Position numbers and translations under genes: made by a program. From Podarcis filfolensis (taxonomy: Eukaryota), in NCBI GenBank assembly GCA_964270895.1, contig OZ185445.1: DNA of 64,000 bases; one strand, written 5' to 3'. Under the pieces are notes generated by a model. That model was given only the letters and a program-made list of their open reading frames with translations. It did not search any database and was not told the DNA's origin. Below are positions 11,494 to 24,396 of the stretch, piece after piece (positions within the stretch are counted from its first letter, which is position 1; the number at the start of each line of letters is the position of its first letter).

Positions 11494-11827
11494 ATGAGTG
11501 CAGAAGGATACCAGTACAGAGCTTTATACGATTACAAAAAAGAACGAGAGGAAGACATTGACTTGCACCTGGGAGATATTTTAACTGTGAATAAAGGTAC
11601 TTTAGTGGCCCTTGGATTCAATGACGGGGAAGAAGAAAAACCTGAGGAAATCGGTTGGCTGAATGGTTATAACGAAACTACTGGAGAAAGGGGGGACTTC
11701 CCAGGAACTTACGTAGAATATATCGGGAGAAAAAAGATTTGTCCCCCAACTCCAAAGCCTCGTCCTGTTCGACCTCTTCCTGTGGCACCAAGTCCAGCAA
11801 GAGTAGGAACAGACAATGATCAACCAG
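11494..11827 (+). CDS. PIK3R1: PIK3R1 exon 2 coding part (SH3 domain and proline-rich motif 1)
   Basis: [28 protein letters not shown]...[16 protein letters not shown]; 334 nt; donor G|GTTAGT at 11828. Confidence 0.98.
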
Positions 11828-11949
11828 GTTAGTAGCGACTCTCCCCCATCCCTAATCATTGTGGTTCAATGTCCAAACCTTTATTCTATGGAATATTAAG
11901 TGGATACTGCAAACGGTAAGTCATTGAAATTGGTCAGAACACTGGTAGC

Positions 11950-11950
<1 letters not shown>

Positions 11951-11997
<47 letters not shown>
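11951..11997. repeat. (TTA)n microsatellite
   Basis: Direct read. Confidence 0.95.
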
Positions 11998-11998
<1 letters not shown>

Positions 11999-14900
11999 GT
12001 ATTTCTCTAAACCATGTTCACTTTGTAACATCTGCATTTTCCTATTTGGGCTAGAAAAGAGTTCATGCTTTCCTTGCATTTTGATTGCCCTTGTGCAGCA
12101 TGACCATAAAATAGCAAAAACCATAATGGTTTTGGGAAGTACTTCAGCATACTTGCCTTCAGACTGTGTTCCAGAGAACCCTGTGGTACTTCAGTAAGAA
12201 TGTTGGTAACGGCAAACGAGTTTTCTTTAAAGATATATTTTCCATTACTACCAAATTTCCTCTGTAACATTTTACCCTTTTGAGTCTCAGGGCATGTTGT
12301 CAAGTCAACTAGGGTGAGATCTGTACTCTCTTCAGTGCTGTGCACTTGAAAATCTACAGAACCCTCTGCAAAAAGCAGGGGTTCTCTTCAAGACAAGTGT
12401 GGAAAGGGTGTCCTGAATGTAACCCCCCCCCAAAAAAAAAATCTGTTGGTCTAACACATAGGACAGGGAAATTCTAAGATAATAAATATTTCAGTTTAGA
12501 GAAGCTGTAACCAACATGGTGCCCTCCAGATACTGAACTATAGTTCCCATCACCCAAGATTATTGGCTGCACTGCCTGAGGCTGATGGGAGTCTGGCAAT
12601 GTGTATGATCTGCATACATGAATTATAACTATTTCAATAACACCTGAGTAGTTGTAACCACACATATCACTGAAACTATTACTTGCGGCTGTAAATGGAA
12701 ATGAAATATCACTGGTACTGTTGGGTTGTATTCATGTGCCAGTTCTGCTAATATAGCTTAATATTTAAGAAAACATACACTAACTTTATTCAGATAAATA
12801 CATGGTTTTTAAATGTAATAGGGGCCAGCCCTACCATCATGCAGAATGAGGCAACCATCTCAGGTGGCAGATGCTGCTGCAGCGGCCCATGGCTGCTCCT
12901 CCAGATTCCTCCAGTCCTTCCACTGCCCCCCCTCCTAAATGTGGCCTGCTGCCTCAGATACAGTGAACGATGCCATCTTATCACTAGTGTTAATGTAAGC
13001 TTCAACTGCTGGCCCAGCTGGTTTTTGCTTGAGGGAAACACCATTTTGTCCTTTGCTTCAGACGGCAAAATGCCTTGGATTGGGCCTAAATGTATTTTTG
13101 CTGTCCTCTGAAGCATACTGGTATTGAAAGCCAGGTCAATCAACTTTTTTTGTAAGAAATATATACATGTAAGAGAAGGAGGTTGGGAAGGAGATGGTTT
13201 TCACTAATTCTTTCACCTCCCCACAGTCTATGCCCCCCATATTTGCTCCAGAGAGTTGGGAGGACCCTCTGGAACAGCATGGGCAATGGTTTGGTGCTTG
13301 CAAGGGGGCATGGGAATCACTGGAAATTGCCTCACTCTCATCTTCTCCTGATGGAAGGTTCCAATGGATCAGAGAGTCTTCCATCATTAGAGAGATGCCA
13401 GTTGGATGCAACACTTAGTCTTGGTGACTTCTGGTCCTTCGTGTTCTCTTCAAGCTCTCATGTGTGTGTGTGACAACAGAAGTAACTTACTAGGAAATCA
13501 TTTTTGTTACTTTAAATGAATTCACTTAACGTGAATCTTTATCGCTTTGTTTGTTGAGTAACAGTGTTTGTCATCTTCGCCTTTCATGGACCCCAGAATG
13601 CCGCCTGCCCACCAAAATCCCAAAGTAGTACAGAGTGGTAAAATGTTAAAGCTTGATTCAGAAAAGTAGTCGCTGATGGGAAGGTGGCAAAGTGGAATGG
13701 AACTGAATTGCAAGAGGTGGCTCTGGCTACATGTATCTGTGTACATCCATCTCCTTTGACGTTGCCTGGGGAGATTCTGTTATTCAGAATGCCCACAAAG
13801 TAGAAGAGAAAGTGGAAACATGTAACATGGTACTTTCTGCTGTCTTTCTTACACATGGCAAATGTAAGCACCTTGCATGTTTAATAGATCCTTTTTAGAA
13901 CAACAGAGGGAATAATTCACAACTGTGTGAGTGTTCCACAAAGTAGTGACAATATGGCTGCCTACAGCTTTATGTTGAAAACATAATCTCCCCTCACATA
14001 TTAGATATTAAGAAATGCCTTTGGATCCTATGGTGTGGGGAAAATATTTGGTGCTTAAATACCAGCACTGGTGCCTTCCCTCTTCTGGAATCACAGTGTA
14101 AATTATTAAAAGTGGAAATTCTGTTCCCAGGATAATGAAATGGTTAATCTTTTATATAGTCCAAATGAATGTGGGCAGCAAACCAACAGGAACCTTCCCA
14201 GGATAATAAACCATTGTTCTGCACATTAGAGTGCATTTTGGCTATAAGGAGACTTGATGTAAAGCTTGCTTGATTGTATTTGGTCAAGTTCATATTTTCC
14301 AGGCTTAATTTTTTCATACTGCTCCATCAGTAGGAGAGGGAGCACATGAGGAGTGATGTTTCTTACTGTACTACTTGGAGTCAAATTGAAAATGAAAACA
14401 TAGTTGTATAGTTTACAGATTAGGCCTCTGTTGTGGTTTCTCACTGATATATTCACCATGGTACCTTTCCCCCAAACTATTTTTAACATGTGTTCCCATA
14501 AACAAAACAAGCTTTATTTGGGGTTTCTGCTTTTGTTTATCAGACTTAGTAACTTGATACTTGGAACACTTCTCTTTCCTTAATCAGACAAGTGTTTTGT
14601 CTTTGTGAGCATACATATCCTGAAATCAACAGATGTGATTGAAATTTGTGCACTATGTTTGAGGAAGGCTGAGCTTTAATTAGCTAACAGAAATGTTTTC
14701 TTTTTCAAATTTAATTCTCTATGCTAACCTAGGATTTAAAATATATAATGCTAACCAAAGCAATTTAATGTATGCCTAAATAACATAGGCTACATAACAT
14801 AGAAATTCTTAAGGGGTCGTGGACGACAAATAATAATTGTTTTCAACAGTTTCGTCTCAGCCTTTTGCAGTTAAAGTAACAGTTTTGTAGCACTCTAATT

Positions 14901-16011
14901 ACTTAACAAATTAGTAACTGGCTTACCATTCCAGGATCTTTGTTATCTTCAGCACTGTTTTGCTTTGTGAATTGTTCTACATACGTTTAAGCTTTTAACA
15001 TAAGTATCAGTCTTCACTTTTCCCTTCATGTTCCTTTGACCTCATTGCTTACAATCCTTTCCCTTTGCATGTATCCAGCAATTTAGGATAACATTTCGCC
15101 CATCTGATGAAGTGGACCTTGCTTACCAAAAGCATGTGACTGTGACATAAGAAATACATTAATCTTTAAGATGCCACAAAACACTTTTTTAATATAATAA
15201 CATGGTTAGCCTTACTGCAGAAAAATGAAATTCCTCTTTCTAACCCCCCGTTATTAAAATAAAAATTAGTTATTGGGAATTCCAGTGATTATCTGAGGGT
15301 AGGACCTCTGTGTACTCATGTAAGTACATCTTGACAGTAAGGGCCAATTTAACATTATCTTAATGATGGGTGCTACTGCTTCCCCATGTTTAGAACTCTT
15401 TCTGTTATTGTCATATCTAGAAAGAGGAATTATGTGATATGGGGAAACCATGTGGTTATGTCAAACACCAGTATCATTTCTTCCAGGGATGTTGGTCTTG
15501 GAAGAAACCACATTACTCGCCCACATGGTGTGGTTTCTCTTTTCAGATTGGAGCCATAAGGAATTTAGCCAACAGGAACCGGCTGTCACACTGCTGTGGT
15601 AACCAAATAGCCATAACTTATGGATGAAATTCAGGAACATCCCCTTGAAATTTTGTAGACAGTGCTGTTTATACTTGATCATTATTGGGGGGGGGGGAGA
15701 ATTGGGGTGATTGGAGAAGTATGGATGGTCTTCAACTAAGTTTTGCTCAGAGGAGGCCCATTGAAATTAATGGACCTAACTTAATCCTGTTTGTTTCAAT
15801 GCATCCATTCTGAGCAAATTTTTGTTGGATACCTCCCAAAGTATGTTTCCCTTTCCCCTTCGGCTTATTCTACTCCACTAACATTTGTGTGAGTATCAGT
15901 GCTGGTATAATCATATGGTTGCAAGATGGAGGGCACTTCTATTACTCCTCCTGCCAAAAGAATAATAATCTGTATAACCTTTAAGACATTTATTGGTTAT
16001 TCTATGTGTTT

Positions 16012-16012
<1 letters not shown>

Positions 16013-16052
<40 letters not shown>
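16013..16052. repeat. (CA)20 microsatellite
   Basis: Direct read. Confidence 0.95.
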
Positions 16053-16055
<3 letters not shown>

Positions 16056-17364
16056 ACTTTTGGGTATGGTGGTTGTCCTACCAATTAATATTAGAAATAT
16101 ATTTTCAAAGGTAAAAAGTTTCCAAAATAACCTTGCGGGGGGAGAGGGAGAGACATAGCGGTGAAGGGGAGGACATATCTTTGTGAGTTTCACCTCTCCA
16201 TTTGACAACATTCGACAAAGCTGAACAGCATGGTCTTTATGTATGTTCTGTCTTTTGTTGGGAATTGCACAGAGAGGGAAATGCAATTATGAGCACCCTG
16301 CAGAAGAATTCAGATAATCCCTAGGGACATCTTCCTCAAGGGAGAGAGGCTACTTGTACAAATAAACAATATCAGGAGTCTTTAGTGATAGTAAAATATT
16401 GAAAATTGACAGTTCAACGCTGTGAAACAGCATCCTATTCTACAGCATATTTGTGTTTCTTTTAAGAGGCATTGCAATCTACTGGTCTGATTCCCCAGCA
16501 AAGCAAGTGGGGTTGGTTGTTTACTCCTGAAATAAAGCTTCTGAAGAGATAAGTGACAATATCTCAGCTTGGAAAAATCTCTACAGCTGTTTTCCAGACC
16601 CAGAAATAAAATGTTTCAAAAGTTTATTGCATTATTTACAAAGATGTGGAATAATATATGAAGTCTCTTCAATATTTGTACAGATACTTCTGTGGGAGGC
16701 AGTTGTCTAAAGCCAGGATAGTGGGGAATTCTTGGTTTCCCCAAACGTGTTGGTGTATCCATGAAATATATTGCAAAACCAGGTGTTTTTAAAACCTGTG
16801 ACATTTACAAGTAACCTCCTGCTCTAACTCACATTTCAATATGTATCTTGATCCCTGTACTCTAAAATAGCAATCAAACAAAGTAGCTGAGAAGTTGGTA
16901 TCCCATCATGGACTTGTACATCATGGACTTGCAGATGTGCAGGAAATCCAAGAATGGGCTATATCTACATGTTTGCCCACAGAGATAATAGTTCTCTTCA
17001 GGTGTTCTAAATACCTGCGTAGGAGGCACAAAGATGTACGTGTTGGCTCCACCCCTTCACCCTGCGCCTTCCCACTTTGAGCAGGAAGATCTGAAGTGGG
17101 ATAATAAGCCCGTTCAACACCATAAATGCAGGAATGTCAGGATGGAGGGACGTGGGGCTGACTTCCTGAACCCTGCAGCCTCTGTATAGTTAGCCACTGT
17201 TAATCCCTAAAGAGGGCTAATGTATGCATGCTAACAATTCTGAACTCCTCAATGAAGAGGGGTGTGTGGATGCAAGTATGTGTGTATGTGTACATACACA
17301 CAAATATATATGGCTGTTTTATTCCTAAGGAGAAGAAGAAAAGGGGAAGGAATTATTACAATTT

Positions 17365-17570
17365 GTTGTTGTTGGTGGTGGTGGTGTTATACCCTGCCCA
17401 TCTGACTGGGTTGCCCCAGCCACTCTGGGCAGCTTCTAGCACGCATAGAAAGACAGTAAAACTTCAAACATTAATAGGCTTCCCTATACAGGGTTGCCTT
17501 CAGATGACGTCTAAAGGTTCTATAGTTACTCACTTCCTTGACATCTGATGGGAGGGCTGTTCCACAGGGT
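17365..17570 (-). mobile_element. LINE 3' end (L2-clade-like)
   Basis: Reverse complement ends agagtggctggggcaacccagtcagatgggcagggtataac plus a simple-repeat tail, a pattern common in squamates. Confidence 0.55.
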
Positions 17571-19561
17571 GGGTGGGTCCTGCTAGCTAGGGATGATGGG
17601 AGTTTTAATCCAAAAACAGATAAGAGACCCAAGTTTGGGGAACTCTGATATAGATGGACATGGTAATACACTTTCTGAACAACTTTTACATTAATACTGT
17701 TGAAAAATGGATTGACATTTCAATATGCCTCCTAAAATGTCTACCTGTTTAGGAAGTTTCTGTTCACTAGTGGTTGTTTTTAAGGGCTAAATGGCTGATT
17801 TATCAAAGGACTTCTAGGTAGCTTTTAATCTTAAGTAACATACACACAAAAGGGATGGGATTATCAGTTTGCTTGGCATATTTTTGGTGTTACATTTGAA
17901 CAACTGATTTATTTATTTTTAAGAGGCTAAACCACTTCCCCCTCAATGCCACAGAGCTTCTCTAACTGCTGTTTGACTCCATCTGCTGGTAAATACTCAT
18001 AGTCCCAAAAATATTTAACACAAGTAATTGATGGATTGAAAGTAATAAAATGGAATCCAGTCTTCATGTGTGTACCCCCACCCAACCAAGACAGACATCT
18101 TATTTAAATATTGTATCTAATGGTTTCAACCTAGTAGTGTATCTGATTATAACTCCTGCTAAAATTAAAAGAAAGCCAAAACCTGTCGTCTTGTCTACTT
18201 TTAGGGCCACTTGCTTATGTTAAAATAGACAATTGCATACCAACCCCAAACCCCCATCCCACCCAACTTCTAATACAAAATTGAAGGATGTTCTTAATTG
18301 GTGGTAATGTGCATTGCTGACACAGTCTACAGGTTTAGCAGTCTTTCACTTGGGGTTTACTTATAAAGGAAGACTTGGGTTTTTTGCAAAACGTGGTCAT
18401 TTGCAGCTGCTAATTTCTTGCCAAGAAATGATTAATTCTGTACCACCATGCCCCCTTAAACCTTTTCTTAATGCCATTTACAGATACACAGTTTCTTGTG
18501 AAAGAACGCAGATGTCTGCAGTGCAGCTGGCCATAAAACTTTCTGCATGTGTATCTTGCTTAAAATCTTGTGTCCATGATGAATTACCATGAAATCAGTC
18601 TGAAGGCTGAAATCTGAGGAATTACCTTATTTTAATAGCCTGGAATGAAAAGGGCATTTGTGTTGCACTTTAAGTATTTAGCAGTGGTTATGGCTTACGC
18701 ATTCTGTGGCATTATACTGACAGTACTGAAGGAGTGGTTGGGTTTGCTTTATTAAATCCAGCCAGCTTTTAATTTTTATTTCAAAACAGAAAGATTCAAA
18801 TGCCATGTCCTAATTCTTTAAATTCTCATCCTGTCCTATAACAAAGATAGTGCACTATATAACAATGCATAAAATCAAATAAAACACAACATATTTTAAT
18901 TTTATTTTTTTTAAAAAAACTTATGTTGACTAAACCCTGACCCCAGAAGCCAGCCCAGACAAAGGTCTTACAGTGCTTCTAAAAAATATGCTTAGTTTTT
19001 TTGGCTTGCATCCAAGGGGAGGGGAATTCCACAGCTGCAACAGAGACCAAGAGCTCTTCTGTCTGTGCCTTTTTGTTGTCTGAACGGATCCAGTGAATGG
19101 AGTTCCAGCAAACTTTCTGATGCCCTGAATAGATTGAAGTTGGTTAGCATGTTTGTTTGACTTGCATTTATTTAGCAAACAAAACTTTAAAAGCACAGTG
19201 CAACATTGGGATTTAATACGCTGCATACATATCACAGTTTTCCCCCCTAAGAAGTGTTTGAATTGAACTGTGTGGTTGATTGCTGAAAAGTCAGTAAACC
19301 ACACCTGCACTGCAGTATATGTCTACTCAGAAATAAGTCCCATTGACCTTACGCTCAGCAGCACATGTTAATAGAAGGGCAGCCTTAGTGTTGACTAAAT
19401 GCTTCGTTCAAAGCTTTACTGGGAAATTATTCTTCTCTGAATGCTTGTAAATATTTTAACACACAACTCAAGAAACTGGCTAAGAAAAGAAATGAAGGGA
19501 CCAAAAACTTGTTAGGCCAATTTTAGCATGCTTAGAAATCAGTGTGTTTAGCTTTGTTATA

Positions 19562-19787
19562 CAGTGGTACCTTGGTTCTCGAACAAATCGGCTCCCGAAT
19601 GCTGCAAACCCAGAAGTAAGTGTTCCGGTTTGCAAACGTTTTTCGGAAGCTGAATGTCCAACGTGGCTTCCACTTGAGTGCAGGAAGCTCCTGCAGCCAA
19701 TCAGAAGCGACACCTTGGTTTTTGAACGGTTTCAGGAGTCGAACGGATTGCTGGAACAGATTAACTTCGAGAACCAAGGTACCACCG
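19562..19787. mobile_element. Tc1/mariner (pogo/Tigger-like) MITE, family C
   Basis: TA|CAGTGGTACCTTGGTTCTCGAA...TTCGAGAACCAAGGTACCACCG|TA; 22-bp TIR with one mismatch. Confidence 0.85.
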
Positions 19788-20184
19788 TATATGCATGTGT
19801 GTTTAGGAATGACTCACTTGAAACAATACAGTTCAGGAGCTGTGTAATTAGACTAGTATTGCATAGTATAGTATCCTTTCATTGTGTTACTAATCAATTT
19901 TATGGCATATGCATTTTAGAAATGGAAAAATTTCCACGGAAAAATATAGTAGTGGAAAAATTTCCACCCCCGTCACTGAATGTATCACATACAAATATTA
20001 GGAGGCTAGTCATGGCTGATCTTAGAATGAAATGGAATGAGGAATAGAGGAGGAGCCAAGCTTAGATAAGCCTAAGATGTTTAGAGATTTGTAGTAAAAT
20101 TTAGCTGTGTTTTACACAGGGATGTGACTTTGGTGTGGCTCACTTGAAGTTATAATGTGGCTTAAGGAGCCAAGGTAGACATTA

Positions 20185-20426
20185 CAGTGGTATCTCGGGT
20201 TACATACGCTTCAGGTTACATACGCTTCAGGTTACAGACTCCGCTAACCCAGAAATAGTGCTTCAGGTTAAGAACTTTGCTTCAGGATGAGAACAGAAAT
20301 TGTACTCCAGCGGCGCGGCAGCAGCAGGAGGCCCCATTAGCTAAAGTGGTGCTTCAGGTTAAGAACAGTTTCAGGTTAAGAACGGACCTCCGGAACGAAT
20401 TAAGTACTTAACCTGAGGTACCACTG
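20185..20426 (+). mobile_element. Tc1/mariner MITE, family A, copy 2
   Basis: TA-flanked, 242 bp, near-identical to 4095-4334. Confidence 0.88.
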
Positions 20427-21779
20427 TATATGGGAACGTGAGCTTTCCTTCACAATGCAAAGGCAGGAAATCATCATCCCAATACAGGGGGCAGCGTTTA
20501 CAGAGAAGAATAAGCAGGTGGATGGGAACCGACCCCTTCAACTTGCTGATCTTCTGCTGATAGTCCCTCCGCTGCACTCTCTATTATCTGTGGGGCTGTA
20601 ACTGCATTTCTCAGGATAAAACCCAGAGTGGGCCCTAAGACAGTTCTTGAATCTGAGTCTCCCAGCTGCAAACCCCACAATGCTGCTTTCTCAAAGTGCA
20701 AGTCACTGGAGGCAAAAGTAATCACTGCCGCAGTGAGTACAGAAGCTCACACAGCTGCTTGCCTGCTAAACTGAACATCATAGGACATCTCATGATGAAT
20801 GGTGAGCAGGTGAACGACACAGTTTGCGCCACTGCGATTGCTTTCTGTTACAAGCAGAGATTTAGTCATAATTGCCCTGCACTGTAAATGCAGCAAAACC
20901 CAACTCATTATCTTGCATCTGTGGCTCATTTCATTCATAGTCAAAACTGGTCTCTCTTTTTTACTTGCATGCCTTGCTGTAACGGTTAGTAGTGAGAACA
21001 GTACTGAGGGGTCTAATAGTCTGATTAAACTTGCTGGAGCAAGGGGAAGACTCTTCGCTGACCAGCAGCAGGAGACATAGAATTGGACTCCCCAAGTGAA
21101 TGAATGACTGCTCTTCCTTTGTGTAAGAAAGCAGGGTGCTGATTACTACAGCTCAGAGCTATCCCCATACATGTGCTTTTGTCTTTTGTTGAAAGAGAAA
21201 CTGATACTCAGAGAAGCGGGGCTTGCATCCTGGTCTCAACTGTGAGCAAGCAATGACAACATGTGAATTCCAGACAGGGCCAGGAATGGATTAAGAGCTT
21301 CCTGTCAGTGTTGTGTATCAGGCTGTAAATCTTCAGTTTTAAACAGTCACTTGAATACTTAATCTTAGCAGTCCTTGCAACAACAAAAATCCAACAAGGC
21401 AGGCCAATATTATTCTTCCACATACTACAGATGAGAAGAGATGCTAAGACTTGAGAAACTGTACTGAAGGCTACTTAGCAAGTTTGTGGCTGAGCTAATA
21501 TTTAAACTGGGGTCTGCTCATGCTTTTAACCCAACACTAAAGCAGACGGCAAAGAGATATTTCTAGACATTATGGCTGTGCAGCTTCATAACAACTTCAG
21601 CCTAAGCACATGCAAAGTGGTGCATCGTGAGACAAAAGTTCCTGATTGCACATAGATGCTGATGGTGTCCAAGTTGGTTGAAATTGTTCATGAGATCCTT
21701 GGTTCATAGCAAAAAGCTCACTGACAGCACCTGCTGATTGTATAGCAAGAAAATTGGTTGTGTGTGTGTGTGAGAGAGA

Positions 21780-22060
21780 AAATAATGAAGGGATGTATGT
21801 GGACCATCACCTATGAAGGAAGGCTTGAGAAGTTCCAGCTGCTGAGTTTAGGGGGCAAAAGAAGACGATAACTCATCATTATGAAAAGTGTGGAGAGAAT
21901 TATGAGAGAGAGAAAATTCTCTCCAAACACTAGAACATAAGAGTGATACAGTGGAATTGATCAGTCACAAATTCAGGACAAATAAAAGTAAGCTAAACTT
22001 CTCTCAATAATTATGGAATTTATTGCCACAGAATGCCACAGCAAACATGAGTACATGTCT
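21780..22060 (+). mobile_element. CR1 LINE 3' fragment
   Basis: Degenerate end of CR1 ORF2: tatgaaggaaggcttgag...actagaac...aattcaggacaaataaaag...tggaatttattgccacag. Confidence 0.6.
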
Positions 22061-23986
22061 TTTTTTAAAGAGGGGGAGGCTATTCTTTGCTTTATAAATT
22101 ATGATTACTTCTCTTGAGAGAAAGAAGCTTCAGAAATGGTTGCTGTTTGATTTTAAGCTTTTGAACATGGACTATAGAACAGATTTAGAGTTCTTGCCAA
22201 TTCAAATCCAGTCGGCTGTTCCAAATCCGGAATAATTTAGCTGATAATTAGCCTGCATAAGCATTTTTATGAAAAGCATTATTGAGGGCTTTTCCTAGCA
22301 TAATCCAGTTCAGAGACTTGACCTCTCTATGGGCTTCAGAGTCTTGCTTGTTAGTAGGAGAAAGTGTTGAGGAATGCATGTTCAGTCATACAATGGTACA
22401 TAACAAGAGCTACTTGTTTTTAAATCAGATATCTAGATTTTAAAGGACCTCTGTTCATCCAGGAAGGGGCCTCCTCAAGTGCACTGATGCTGCAAAGTGA
22501 TGGTAAAAAAAGAAAGGAAAAAACAAGCTTTTAAAAAACCACCCTTAACTGCCACCAGTTCTGTATTTTTGCAGTTTCCTCTCTGGGATATATTTTTGTG
22601 CTGATGCTAACAAAAATCTTTACTATTAATTATTTGTGGTCCAGAAATGAATTCTAATGGGGCATAATAATTTTGGGGCATAATAATTACCAGTGAGATG
22701 GTAATAGCTGCAATACATGCCATGGGCTTTTTAAGACCCCTTGTTGTTAATAAACTGACAGTTGTCCTCACTAATTTCTCAAAAGCTCTTTGCAGTGAAT
22801 GCACCCTTGATTTAAAACGGTTACAGGCTAGTTTGACCACTCCAGACAGCTTTCAGCAAATAAGGCTGTTTGCTGGTCAGAATTGTGTCAGGCACTGCTG
22901 GGCACTTTGAGAGAGAAGGCATGATCTTGTGCCTAACAGTCAGATGGAGAGGAAAAGTGGTCACTTCAGGGGATGTCTCAGTCAGCACTATGTAAGTGTG
23001 CAACTGCTAGGAACCCACAGTGTGTATTGCTGGCATCACTGGAGAATGCTAGGTGCTTGACAACTATATGCTTGCATAGTGCTGACTGAGACACTCAGGG
23101 TCCCATCATCACTTCTCAGCGGTTACTGGCACGCTCTCCTTACTGCCTCCACCCTGACTGCCTATTGGCAGCTCCCAGATTTGTAAATAGACACTTTTCT
23201 ATTTGCCTCTGGTGATGAAGAATTGCCTCGAGGCATGTGGGCAGGGAAGATTTTGCAATTTAGGAGAAATGGCACTCCCCCCCCTCTTTTTATGGAGCAG
23301 GAGACAAGTTTGTAACTTTTGTGAGCTTGGCCATAATTAAGGTTCCTTCATAAGCTGTTCATTAAAGTTAAATGCCCACCATTTGAATGACTGAAGTAAA
23401 AAAAAATTTGATAGTGTAAATATCTATGATGTTTGAGCATTTTTGCCAACATACGTTGGTGCAACTCTCCCCACAAGCACCAGAGGGGGAAGACAGTTAT
23501 AGGCTGGTCTAGGGTTTTCTCCAGATGTTTCCTCCAAAACTCACAGCTAGAGGTTTTTTTTTTATTATATTTAGGTAAGAGAAGGAACCAATTAACTTTT
23601 TTTTTTTTAGTTTGTGCTATTTGCCTGATGTTCAGCAATTTTCATTGACTGTTTGTATCAAGACAGAATAAAAGCACATGTTGCCCCTTTTAATCTGCAA
23701 GGTTGAATTATCTTTTTCGCAAATAACGACCACTGAAATTCTTTAAAAACAACATTTTAAATTATTTTGCTAAGGGTGCGTTTAACTTTCTTTTTGTTCT
23801 CAAATATTCCATATTTGTTCAGAGTAAGGCAGGAAAGAGCAAGCTGTCATCTTCCTCCTACCAAGGTCGTCAGCCAAATCCCTCATTAACGTGAGTGAAA
23901 ATAGGATCAGACCAACGAAGATTATCCGGGATTGCCTGTTTAACCTGGGAATCTTGTCTGAGAAAGTACTGTGGGGTTGCACTATA

Positions 23987-24330
23987 GCCATAAGAACAGC
24001 CTTCAGGATCAGGCCAATGGCCCATTCAGTCCAACACCTGTTCTCACTGTGGCCAACCAGATAGCTGTAGGAAACCAGGGAGCAGAATATCAGCACAAGA
24101 AACACCCCCCCCCCACCTCCACCTTCCTGATTTCTAGCAACTCGTATTTAGAAGTATTGCTGCCTCCAACAGTGGACAAAGAGCATAGCCATCATGGCGA
24201 CTAGCCATTGAAAGCGCTCTTCTCCATGAATTTGCTTAAAGCCATCCAACCTGGCAGCCATCACTGCTTCCTGGGAGAACACATTCCCTAGTTTGACTGT
24301 GTGGTACACGAAGAAGTACTTTGTTTTATC
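23987..24330 (-). mobile_element. CR1 LINE 3' end
   Basis: cataagaacagcc...ggatcaggccaatggcccattcagtccaacacctgttctcac and ttaaagccatccaacctggcagccatcac are typical of reverse-strand CR1 tails. Confidence 0.65.
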
Positions 24331-24396
24331 TAAAACAAAAGTTTATCCCAAACCTTTGGGAGATTCCATCTAAGAACATTGTTAGAATACAGTAAG

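Noticed and set aside
19544-20047. 167-aa ORF in intron 2
   Set aside because: Reads through a non-autonomous MITE into AT-rich intron; no transposase or other motif
20792-20900. Box C/D snoRNA candidates at RTGATGA motifs (20792, 48118, 54240)
   Set aside because: No correctly spaced D box with terminal stem and no recognisable rRNA guide
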